Shown: piece by piece, positions 1 through 10,910 of the stretch
Position numbering within the stretch: the first letter of the stretch is position 1
Layout of the letters: each line of letters begins with the position of its first letter
NCBI RefSeq assembly: GCF_018350175.1
Contig: NC_058368.1
Location: 226,734,001-226,798,000 of the forward strand
Origin: Felis catus
Lineage: Eukaryota
Direction: 5' to 3'
DNA: 64,000 nucleotides
Position numbers and translations under genes: made by a program
Notes under the pieces: generated by a model
Told to the model about the DNA's origin: nothing
Databases searched by the model: none
The model's input: only the letters and a program-made list of their open reading frames with translations

Positions 1-530
1 CCGGGCCAGCGGGTTGTACTACATGTCTAAGTAGCCTTTTCCTGACTTCTCCACCTTGCCAAGAAGTGGGTTACTTGCAGCCAGAAGGTCAATCCACAAG
101 TACACGAATAATTCCTGAAATTTTTCTCTACAAATTTTGATGCACTTTCCACGGCTGCATCTGCTTGAAAAATGCTGCTAAGGAATTTACCACAGAAAGG
201 GTAGCAAACAAAAAATGTTTTAATAACATTTCTACACATTGCTCAAGGCTTCTAACGTTACAATTATGAGTTCATGCAGTGTTAACAACTGTTTTTCATT
301 TTGTTACTGGTTTCAAATTTAAATAGGAATTGATAGAATGAGCACATCTAATGCAGGACCTAATAGAGATTTACGGCTCCAGAAACAGTCTACACTTCTT
401 CAACCATGGAATGGGGAAAATGTTGACCATGTGTTTATACTTCATTACCGAGGAAAATTCAGAGATGGTTAATGATTATTCATGTCAGACATTTTAAAGT
501 TGTCCATCTTTGGGGCATTAACTAGCACAT

Positions 531-740
531 TTTTTTAAATGTTTATTTATTTTTGAAGGAGGGAGAGACAGAGCAGGAACCGGGAAGGGGCAGAGAGAGA
601 GGGAGACACAGAATCCAAATCAGGCTCCAGGCTCTGAGCTGTCAGGACGGAGCCCAACAGGGGGCTCAAACCCACGAATTGCGAGATCATGACCTGAGCC
701 AAAGTCGGACACTCAGCTGACTGAGCCACCCAGGCACCCC
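531..740 (-). mobile_element. Can-SINE (SINEC)
   Basis: Minus strand GGGGTGCCTGGGTGGCTCAGTC head, (CT)n linker, AATAAA/A tail; degenerate TSD ctagca[c/t]atttt. Confidence 0.95.
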
Positions 741-2274
741 ATCGGCTAGCATATTTTAAGGGCATCTGCCCAAAGGCTGCCATTCTCCTTTGTGGCAATG
801 TGCATGTTTGAGAGGGACCCTGACTAGGGACCCTAGTGAGATGGTCCTGCCCTTTTCTGAAACATTTCAAGGTCTTCACTTACAGAACCTGCAGGAATCA
901 CTTTCCATGAAATAAACCACATGAGGATTTGAGGGAACAACTAGGGAAAGTCTCTTAACAAACATTTAGCTTCTCCCAAGGGTCTAAGCTACAGTCAATC
1001 CAACTCACCTGTTTGTTGCTGTTGTTTCAGAAACATCCTTTAGATACTTCTGGAAGCGCAGGTACTATCCAGAGCTGTCCTCGTTTAGAGAGTAACTCTA
1101 TCCCTATTCACACTTTCCCCTGACCACTTACCTCCACACTTAGCACACGTGGGGAAGCAGGGTCCTCCTGTGAATCAGGACTTCTCATCTTGCTCTAAAA
1201 GCATCTGCATCCCTGCCTAGCTTCTCAGAGACTGAACGTTTTTAGAGCAAGTCTATTCTCCCTGCAGATTTAATGCCGTGAGTAGGTGGAAGAAGGGTTC
1301 GAAATTTCTGTAACTAGAACCAAAAAAACGAAAACAAAAAAGAGCTACATTCTGGCAAAGGTCAGCTGATCTGGCCTCCATTACTACGCAGAAGATCTGT
1401 TGCTACGTCTCACTCATGGTACACATCGTGCGGAACAAAATATCAGAGCTTCTTGGGAAGATGCTGTCTTTGTGTGATCCCAGGCAATTTGCAGCTTCTG
1501 ATCGAATTTCACTAACCAGTAATGCCAATTAAAAGTCTTATGTACAAGGTAAACCGTGTATTCAAGACACTCAACATGAGCACAGTTAAAGGTCTTGCTT
1601 CAAGTTCAGCAGATCAACATGTTTCAGGGTTAATAATAAAAGTGAAAAGTAACACCATAGGTAGAGTCAGTGTCCATTACTACACTGAAAATACGGACAA
1701 GCCACTTATCAAACCCAATTTTTGGTGCTGGAGCTTATGTTCACAGAAGGCAGGAAAGTCAATAAAATCAGTAGATTTTTCGAATTAACACCTAAATATA
1801 TCTAGCTAGACATAAACACAAACATGTAACAGGTGGAGACGAAGAGAGAGAAAGAGAATAACCCAGGGAAAGTGGGGAAATATTTTTTAACACCTAAAAT
1901 GATAGAGCTGTATTCGGGAGAGGGAAGTGAAGCAGTAAAATGAGTTAGAATCAAACAATAACCCTTTATCAAACATAACTTCACATGACCGAATATTTGC
2001 AAGGGAACTGGGCATAGGGTCCTATAACATACCCCTCGGTCAATGTAGAAATCTCTAGCACATCATCCTTTATTGTAATCACCTCCTTCCCATGTCTAAT
2101 GACTCACTCACTGGGAAGCCTATCTCAGAGGTGGTCAGCTCCAATCATGGGGTCTTACTCAGACGCGGCCAAATCTACCCTCTAGTAACTCAAATACAAT
2201 TGGTCGTTGCTCGGCATCTTGCGATTTAATTTTTTCAGCACGACAGTTCTTCAAATACTATTTTTTAATGAATT

Positions 2275-2301
2275 TTCTTTTTTTTTTAACATTTATTTAT
2301 T

Positions 2302-2337
<36 letters not shown>

Positions 2338-2532
2338 CATGAGTGGGGGAGGGGCAGAGAAAGAGGGAGACAGAATTCAAAGCAGGCTCCAGCCACCCCA
2401 CCCCCACCCCACCCCACCCCACCCCACCCCCTACCAGCACACAACCTGATGCAGGCCTCGAACGCACTGACCTCAAGATCTTGACCTGAGCTCAAGTCGG
2501 AAGCCCAACCCATGGAGCCACCCAGGCGCCCC
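2275..2532 (-). mobile_element. Can-SINE with internal (CCCCA)n expansion
   Basis: SINE head ends 2532, tail near 2280; TSD-like tttaatga[a/g]tt; C-rich repeat at 2393-2431. Confidence 0.93.
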
Positions 2533-3616
2533 TTTAATGAGTTAAGTTTCTAAACTTCATTTATTCCCTTCTTCATTATTCAGAGAATTGACTCACTCTT
2601 GATTTTATTCAAGATTATGTCATATATTTTAATACATCCTTAACGCCATCTTAAAATCCCTATCTAGACTGCCCCACCAGTTACACAGCCAAGTAATCTG
2701 CCCAGCTTCCAGAGGGACACCAGTAGATAAAGGCTGAAGGCAAAAGTTATTAGTTACTCAAAACCAATCCAGAATTCGTTTTCTCTCAAAGGGCAGAGGG
2801 AGGCAAGACAAAGGTTTTGTGAGTTGACTCTCAAGGGAAAACAAACGCTCCCTCTCTTTTCCTTCTCATTTTAAACATAAAAGATTCCCCAAATCTCTGA
2901 AAATCTCTTCTCACCCTCAGATCCAAGATGGTCCCATGAGCTACACTAATGCTTTGATTTAAACCGAACAGTAGAATCAGTACAGTTTCTCTTGATTGTC
3001 ATCAGAATGAAATTATTTACCGGGGGCAAAAGATGAAGACCTATCTCTATCTAAGAACTTTGGAGATCTTTGGGGTTATCTTCACATATCCAGTGAAGTC
3101 AGACAATATCCCCTGGTCCTAGGCTTCCCCGACCCAAAAGCAGTCACAACACAGCTAATGTAATATAATTAGATAAAAAGATATTTGCAAAGATTCTAGG
3201 CCAAAAAAAAAAAAAAATGCCCAGTGACCAAAACTGACTCGGTTCCACTGTAGCTATTATGGAGAGCTAATGATGTTACCTTGCATAAAATGATGACTTA
3301 CGCTCCCCAGAACAGAACGTATTCACCTTGGTATAACACAGTGGTTCCAAGTTATAGTCAATGTGCTACCTGGATGGATCCTCAAGGATCTTTCACTTCC
3401 TTTAAGTCCTGGTCCAAATGTCAACTTTTCAAAAAGGCCAACAGTGACTGACTAAAATTGCAACAGTCTCGTCCTCCCAGTCTCCAAATAATCTGATGAC
3501 TGTTTTTATTCAGAGACATTAGCCCCTTAGGATGTATCACAAGGGTGACTGAATTACTGGGTGTGTATGCACACGTTAATTGTTCCACTTCCCCTCCCTC
3601 CCAACGTGTATGCGCG

Positions 3617-3662
3617 CACATACACACGCGCACACACGCGCACACACACACACACACACACT
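3617..3662. repeat. (CA)n/(CG) compound microsatellite
   Basis: cacatacacacgcgcacacacgcgcacacaca... Confidence 0.9.
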
Positions 3663-3789
3663 CACGAAGAAAAGATTGACGAGTACAGGATCTTACTCCG
3701 TTTACTGATGTATCCCAACTATCCAGAAGAGTTCCTGGCACATAGTAAGAAATAAGAAGTCAACATACATTAGTTGAACGAACGAATAA

Positions 3790-4025
3790 GTGACTCTGGG
3801 CTTACTTGGCTGGGAGTCCCAGTGCCACCTACACCAGCTGTAGGACCTGGGGGAAAAGGTCATGTTCTCTACAGCTGTGTTTCCCCATTGGTAAAATGAG
3901 GACCTTAGGAGTGCCTGCCTTTACGACTGTCATGAGGGTTACGTGAGTCAGTGTACGTCAATGGCTTAGAAGAATGCTTGGACACAGGAAACTTTCAATA
4001 AACATTAGCTGCCATTATTATCATT
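3790..4025 (+). mobile_element. MIR SINE, preceded by a short L2 3'-end fragment at about 3690-3790
   Basis: MIR core-like ctgtgtttccccattggtaaaatgagga ... tcaataaacattagctgccattatta. Confidence 0.75.
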
Positions 4026-5025
4026 ATTCCAAGATCTGTTTCCCGAGGTGGTGATGGATTAGTGATGATTTATGCGTTCGGGCAGCTGACTATCCTGATA
4101 TCCGACAGCACAGGTCTGAGACGGTGAAAGGGCACCCAAGGCACTTGATAAGAGCAGCAGAGAAACCAAGAGTCAAACCCCATCACGGTGTCCTCATCGG
4201 CTCCAATTCAACAACACCCAGGAGTTTGCAAAGGAGCTGTTAACTGCGTATTAAAGCTGAAACTACTGAGTGAGTGAGGGTGAGGCTCAGACACCTTAAA
4301 AGGAAGGGAAAGCAGCCGGTCCCTTCCTACTAGAACAGGGAGATTTGTTTCTTTGACTTAACTGGAGCCAAAGCTAATGGTCACAAGCTTCACTCCAACT
4401 CATTCTCCAGATTTCTACACACAGGCTGAAATTGACACCTTATGAAAGAAGAGAAAGGGGGAAAAAAAAAACAGCCTTCCCTGAAAGAATTTATCAGAAC
4501 ATCCTAATCATTTAGACATTCACGTATGTTTCTAGAAATCTAAAGATCAGGATTGGCATGGTAACTTTTTCCTGGAGCAAAATCCAAGTTGGCAGTGGGG
4601 GGGAGAAGGAGATGGGGTTACAAATTAAACCATTAACCTGAATAGTCACTGAGTATTTAGCAAAAGAAAACACTTTGGAAACGCCCATTATTTACACAGA
4701 TTTTGATTTTTGGAAGAAAAGCAGGGAGTCCAGGACTGATTTATTAGGAGAGGTGAGGGGTGGGGGGAACAAGTGAAGAAGACAGAGGTGAAGGAAAAGA
4801 GGGTGGCAAGGGGGGAGGGGCGCTTGTGGATTTCATGGCAATAACTAACAGTCTTAACTTCCCTATTATGATATTCCCTATATATTATATTTACTATATT
4901 CCCTATTATAACACACCTTCCAAGGTTAATCTCCATTAAGTGGTCCATTAAGGCATTAGGAGAGCAAAATAAAATGAATGACCATGTACTCAAGAATTAG
5001 ATCTTGACAAGTAATGCCAATAAGG

Positions 5026-5215
5026 NNNNNNNNNNNNNNNNNNNNNNNNNNNNNNNNNNNNNNNNNNNNNNNNNNNNNNNNNNNNNNNNNNNNNNNNNNN
5101 NNNNNNNNNNNNNNNNNNNNNNNNNNNNNNNNNNNNNNNNNNNNNNNNNNNNNNNNNNNNNNNNNNNNNNNNNNNNNNNNNNNNNNNNNNNNNNNNNNNN
5201 NNNNNNNNNNNNNNN
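5026..5215. other. Assembly gap (190 N)
   Basis: Run of N. Confidence 1.
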
Positions 5216-5646
5216 AGGAGAACTGAGCAAGGTCACAGAAGGTAAATTGAAGCAGGACTCAAATGTACAGACTCCCAAATTAATGCTCTGCCCTACACAA
5301 GAACTTCCCCAAGTTTTAACAAGTACGTGATAAATGATTCAATTCTAGGAGGAGCCCAAGATTCTGCATTGTTCACAAGCTCCAGGGTGATGCTTATGCC
5401 ACACGCATCCTTGAATTACACAGAACTGGAAATGTCTGCCCTGTTGCACCTGCTACAGTAAGCCTCGGGAAGCATTTGTGTTGTTTTAATGTACAGAGTG
5501 CTTTTCAGTAGCAGGAGAAATAAGATTACATAAGAAATCCTGAAGTTTTAAACATTCCAATAATTGAACACTCACTGTAAAAGGCAGGTGGCTTGCATTT
5601 ACATTGGTGGTGTCAACCCTAAAATATACTTAAAGTACAGATTTTT

Positions 5647-5863
5647 CTTTAATTTTTTTTAACATTTATTTATTTTTGAGACAGAGAAAGACAGAGCATG
5701 AATAGGGGAGGGGCAAAGAGAGAGGGAGACACAGAATCGGAAGCAGGCTCCAGGCTCTGAGCCATCAGCCCAGAGCCCGACGCGGGGCTCGAACTCACGG
5801 ACCGCGAGATCGTTACCTGAGTTGAAGTCGGACGCTTAACCGACTGAGCCACCCAGGCGCCCC
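5647..5863 (-). mobile_element. Can-SINE (felid type)
   Basis: Perfect 16-bp TSD taaagtacagattttt at 5631-5646 and 5864-5879. Confidence 0.97.
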
Positions 5864-6236
5864 TAAAGTACAGATTTTTAAAGTATACTCAAACACCTAT
5901 GTTTCAGAGTGGAGCGGTCTCTCACTGCATTCTATGGATATGCATCCACTAATAATTTCCCGCTTTCATTTCAAGTTAGGTATGGTTTGAAATAAATCTC
6001 TGAAATAAATCTTACTCCAAAGTATACCTAACTTGTACTAAACCTACTGAAACTGTCTTAAGTCTCAGTCTCCTTAATGGAGATACTGTGTTGAAGGGTT
6101 GAGTCCACTCTCTTTGAAATTTGACATCTTAGATTAAAAAACAAGGTGACACTGACATGTTGAATTCCAACAGGCTTATCTGCATGTATGTTACCACCCA
6201 ATGACACACTGTAACAAAGCTGGCCAATACCAATTA

Positions 6237-6573
6237 CAGTTGACCTTTGTACAACCGGGGTTTGAACTGTGTGGAGTCACTTACATGTAAATTTTTTTTA
6301 TAAACACGGTACGGAATTGCAAATCTATGTTCTCTTCCTTAAGACTTTCTTAATAACATTTTCTTTGCTCTAGCTCTAAGAATGCAGTATGTAACACATA
6401 TAACATACAAAATATGTACGCATGAGTATAAATCAACTGTCTGCTATCAGTAAAGCTTTGGTCAACAGTAGGCTCTTGTGGTTAAGTTTGGGATGCGTCA
6501 AAAGTTATACTCAGATTTTAGACTCCAGGGGAAGTTGGTGCCCCTAAGCCACACGTTGTTCAATGGTCTACTG
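6237..6573. mobile_element. Tigger2a-like non-autonomous TcMar DNA transposon
   Basis: TIRs cagttgacctttgtacaac ... gttgttcaatggtctactg; TA TSDs at 6235-6236 and 6574-6575. Confidence 0.88.
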
Positions 6574-8571
6574 TACATATGTTATAACCCTATGTACGAG
6601 AGGTCTAATGTCACTGGGGGAAAGATGTTTTTTTTAAGTTCACGTTACTTCTCTTTCTCTTATTTTTTCCTTACCGATCACAGAGGAATCTCCCAGCATT
6701 TGAACAGAGTCTATGAAAACTAAGCACAATGTGTCCCTCCAGCCAAAACCCAGTTACCGCCCGAAGCTTCCTATTGGTTCCCCCGAATCAGCTGAGCCCA
6801 AGAGGCTTTCCCTATAAAAAGTTCCACAGTGTATCTAAATCTGATCCCAGTAAAATTTCACTTCAGCCGAAGTGAAAATGCAGAGGTAGCATTTACGGAT
6901 AACAGCTGGAGATCATTAGTTCTCTGTCTCTCCTTTTCTCTCCCAAGGGTTGAAAACTCCACTGTTCAGACAGGAAGTCGTCATACACCACACACCGCAC
7001 CATACGAGAACGCTGGGATAGAAGAACAAGTTGCAGAGAATCAGGGGTGTTGGGAGTGGTTTCATTCAACAACACAGAGCCCTGATTCCACTTAACTCTT
7101 GGGGCGTCCTCCCCACCGCCCAACAGTGTTCAAGGATCACAATGTATGCACATCCAGAATTGACAAGCACACATTTTACGCCCTGAAAGCTTTTTAATAC
7201 CCAGAGTAAGAAGGCTTAATCTTTCATTATTCCACAAATTTTTAAAACATTAAGAAGTTCTGGGCAGTGGCCAAGATTCTCCAATAATCTTTGTTGGCAT
7301 ATTTTCGCATGGGCTATTTAAAAAGACAACTGCTAAACTTTTTTGTTTTTAATTATCAAAAAAAAAAAAAAAAATCTCTCCCACAAAACTGCCCAGAATA
7401 AGGAGACTATATAGATGCAATTCAAAACATTGTGATCTGGAAAAGAATGATTTAAACAAAAGGTTCTTGTGGGTATGGTTTTTTTAGGGCGGGTAAATTT
7501 GCTGTAATTGCGCAAAGCTCCTGAGAAGGAACACAGACACACATGGGGATAGACGTCCACGTTCTGTGACCACACCTCAAAGTTTTGAACAGGATGATAG
7601 AAGTTTCCCTAACACCACATGCTGAAGAGCCACTCTGCATTCCCACCAGTCTGCAGGCGCTGGACCCGGTTCGTAACAGCCTGTCCTGGGGAGGGGGTGG
7701 GAGGGGGTGGGGGGGCGGTATAAAAGCGATCCTGTCTCTTCCACTCCCCTCCAGCCAAGTTCGCGAAAGACAAACCTTCCCAACTTTTGAACCGCGGGAA
7801 ATGCCTATGCAGGATGCAAATCGGGGGCAAGCTGTTAATCAACTCGGTTACAATACTGCGGTTTTATGCAAAGAGGAGGAGGAGCGAGGGAGAAGCCAAC
7901 CCACACATCCATCATCCTTTTAGGGGTAGGTGGAGTTTAAAGTTTCCCCAACTTCCAACTTCCCACTTGACAGGCAATATTTCTGTGCAATTTCCAGCCC
8001 CACGTAACAGATGGTCCTTCACCCGTCCTGAGCCCCGAGAGAGACCAGACAAAGCCCCCGGCCACTCCTCGCCTCGCGAGGCCCATAGGTGGTGTTTCAC
8101 GAAACCGTCAGCTCAGGGGCCTTGAGCTGAGAATGGAAACTTAACTTCTTCTTCCAGAAGTTGTTCCTGCTTACAGGAGAGTCCCGGGGACTGGAGCACA
8201 AAGGCCTGGGAAAGTTTTCTCAGCGTTATTTTTCAAAACCGTCTTCCGCCATCTGCCAAACCATCGCCCTAAACCCCAGATGCTTAGGGAAGGAAAGTTG
8301 AGGCACATGTGCTCAGAAATACGGCAGAAATGCAACTCGAGCCCTCCCAAAGACAACCTGGGAAGTTGCTTAAAGAGCCCCCCACGGTGGGAACGCATCC
8401 TCGGGGCCCCCGAACGCTCAGCGCCAAAGGGAAAGGTGACGGCCCCGATCGGGTGCCGAGCAGGGGTGCGCCACGGTAGCGTGCGAGAACCTTCCTCCCC
8501 AGACGGGAGGGCGAGGGGGAGAGAGAGGAGGGAGGCGCGATCCGGGGGCTGAGGACGGGCGGCCCACTCAC

Positions 8572-8608
8572 CCTCACTGCCGTACTGTTTGCCATTGTTC
8601 GCGCCCAT
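8572..8608 (-). CDS. FBXL7: FBXL7 (F-box/LRR-repeat protein 7) first coding exon, 37 nt, phase-1 end; remaining exons lie outside the window to the left
   Basis: Minus strand reads AGG ATG GGC GCG AAC AAT GGC AAA CAG TAC GGC AGT GAG G|GTGAGT. MGANNGKQYGSEG matches the mammalian FBXL7 N-terminus as I recall it. Strong Kozak context (-3 A, +4 G), consensus donor at 8571-8566, inside a CpG island. Confidence 0.93.
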
Positions 8609-9096
8609 CCTGCCGCCGTCATGCCCGCCGTCTCCCCGGACACTCCATAGCTGGGGCGCACCGCCTGCGCGCTCCGCCAGAGGAAAGCCCGCCCGACGGG
8701 ACCGTTAGCTGCGCATACCCCACGCTCCGGGGCCAGGCTCCGGCCGGGGGGCGGCCCCTTGCACTCCGGTGGGAGGGGGCGCTGCGTCCCCGCCTGGCAC
8801 CCCCGATGGCTCCGGGTGGGGCCGGGGGCAGCCGCCGCTCTTAGAATCCGCGTTCCGGGCCAGCGGGCGCAGCGCCGCGGAGAGCCCGCGCCCCGGGGCC
8901 GCCCAGAGGCTCGCCGCGCCGCCGCCGCCGGGTCCCCATCCGCCCGCCCCGATCCCTCTGCGGTGGGCGCTGAGCCGCGCGGGCGGCCGGGGCTCCCCGG
9001 CTCGGCCGCCTCCTCCCGGCGCCCCTGCGCGCCCGCGGCTTCCCCGGGGAGGGCGCGGCGGCCACTTGTTGCGGGTGCCCCGAGCGAGCAGAGACT

Positions 9097-9260
9097 NNNN
9101 NNNNNNNNNNNNNNNNNNNNNNNNNNNNNNNNNNNNNNNNNNNNNNNNNNNNNNNNNNNNNNNNNNNNNNNNNNNNNNNNNNNNNNNNNNNNNNNNNNNN
9201 NNNNNNNNNNNNNNNNNNNNNNNNNNNNNNNNNNNNNNNNNNNNNNNNNNNNNNNNNNNN
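9097..9260. other. Assembly gap (164 N) in the CpG island
   Basis: Run of N between extremely GC-rich flanks. Confidence 1.
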
Positions 9261-10295
9261 GCCCCGGCCTCGCCGCAGGCCCGGGCGCCACCGGGGAAGC
9301 AGTTTGAACGGAGGAACGCGCTCCTGGCTCTGTTTTACTATTGTTCTTTTGCAGGCTTGGCCCCCGACTTGTAAGATGAGCTTCCAGGCGCCGTTTGGAA
9401 TCCCTCGGGTTTGCCTGCCGATACGGCCTATTTTGGGTGCGGGGTCCTTTAAAATAAACAGGCACCGGAGTCTGGTTCTGTCTGACAAAGTCAGGTATCT
9501 CTGCGGGCATTCTCCTGTGGCTCCCACGTTTGGGGACTGAGGCGGGGAATGGAGGAGAGAGGGAGGGAAAACTTGAGGGGAACTTAGCAGGGAGTCACTG
9601 GAGAGCCAAAGACATTCCCCGCCCCGGTGGAAGGTTTCCTGGCTCAGAACTTTTAAGAGCTTCCTAGCCAGGAAGTGTATTTTTCTCCCCGTTTCGATGA
9701 TTTTTTTTTTTTTTCCTCCTCCTGGTTGGTGATATCCTTTGTTTAATACATCACAACCTCTTTTGGAGACTTATCTGGCACTTCTAGAGCCTTAAAGGGG
9801 CCCTTTGGTATTCCCTGCATTAAACAGAAAAAGCAAGTTCCTCGTGATGGAGTCCCTTTCCGTGTAAATACCTAAAATTCTGTAACATTGCATCTTTGTA
9901 AAGACCTGGGACGTCACAGCGCAAATTTCTTTGAGGAGAGGCAAACACACAGCACAGTTTCTTCTTATAGGTGTTAGATGTATGAAATTAAATTAAACAT
10001 GCGTACATAAATTAAGTGAATCACACGTCATGATACGTATACATGCAAAATACAGAAGCATGTGTAATACAACTGCATGGAGAACCAGGGCTTTTGTAAT
10101 TACCTATTCCTTCAAGAGCTTTCAACCACCTGCAGAAATTGAGGTTGTACTGGGGTAATTTCCTTAAATTTGGCACAATTGTCTTTCTTAAAAATAAGAT
10201 AAAACATCATGTTTCAATATTCTAAAGTCCAGACTTTGTGTGCAGGATAAATCATGTATCGAAAGAAAATGTCATAAACGTATCTCTTTTCAAGG

Positions 10296-10361
10296 ACAGG
10301 TTTAAATAGGTTTGGTAACATTCTGGTAACAGGTTTAAATAGGTTTGGTAACATTCTGGTA
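10296..10361. repeat. Perfect 33-bp tandem duplication
   Basis: acaggtttaaataggtttggtaacattctggta x2. Confidence 0.97.
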
Positions 10362-10535
10362 ACATTTCAACCTCCCTAGTCCGAAGAGATTAAGGACTCC
10401 ATTTTAATTCACCTTTTTATATAGAGTCTAGCATACTGCCTGGGTGATAGTATGTGTTTCCCTTATCCTTAGTGTTAAATTAAAATCTTGTGTCACAGGC
10501 CCTAAATAGGAGGTATGGGGGTCCAAAATTTGGAA

Positions 10536-10818
10536 GGGGCATCTGGGTGGCTCAGTCATTTAAGTGTCTGATTCTTGATTTCAGCTCAGGCCATGATCTC
10601 ACAGTTCGCGGGATGGAGCCCTGCATGGGGCTCTGTGCTGACCGCCTGGAGCCTGCTTGGGACTCTCTCCCTCCCTCTCTCTGCCCCTCCCTTGCTTGTA
10701 CATGTGTTTTCTCTCTCTCTCTCTCCCTCCCTCTCTCTGCCCCTCCCTTGCTTGTACATGTGTTTTCTCTCTCTCTCTCTCCCTCCCTCTCTCTGCCCCT
10801 CCCTTGCTTGTACATGTG

Positions 10819-10869
<51 letters not shown>

Positions 10870-10910
10870 TCTCTTTCTCTCTCTCTCTCAAAATAAATAA
10901 TATTTAATAG
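10536..10910 (+). mobile_element. Can-SINE with internal 56-bp triplication
   Basis: Head ggggcatctgggtggctcagtc; ctgcccctcccttgcttgtacatgtgtttt recurs at 10681, 10737 and 10793. Confidence 0.95.

Larger units (their letters stand above)
1..8571 (-). other. FBXL7: 5' part of FBXL7 intron 1
   Basis: Begins at the GT donor at 8571. I did not find the expected continuation (KGSSSISS...) in 1-8570. Confidence 0.85.
7640..9640. promoter_or_regulatory. CpG island / FBXL7 promoter and GC-rich 5' UTR
   Basis: Very high GC and CpG density (e.g. 8400-9300) and multiple GC boxes (CCGCCC), surrounding exon 1. The TSS is probably near or inside the N gap. Boundaries approximate. Confidence 0.88.

Noticed and set aside
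2233-2246. TTCAGCACGACAG resembling a REST/RE1 site
   Set aside because: Half-site spacing and the right half do not fit RE1.
4997-5330. ORFs spanning the first N gap
   Set aside because: Artefacts of translating N.
531-5863. All three intronic SINEs are sense to FBXL7 and carry AATAAA tails (premature polyadenylation idea)
   Set aside because: n=3 is uninformative and there is no transcript evidence.
8171-8571. Remainder of the 145-aa ORF after MGANNGKQYGSEG
   Set aside because: Intron read-through past the consensus GTGAGT donor; no longer resembles FBXL7.
8588-8608. Possible N-myristoylation signal (MGANNGK)
   Set aside because: Gly2 is present but position 6 is Gly rather than Ser/Thr; not supportable from sequence alone.
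8284-9527. Long ORFs (408, 228, 201 and 182 aa) over the CpG island
   Set aside because: They run through 164 Ns and stop-poor GC-rich DNA, giving low-complexity Arg/Pro/Gly/Ala translations with no recognisable domain.
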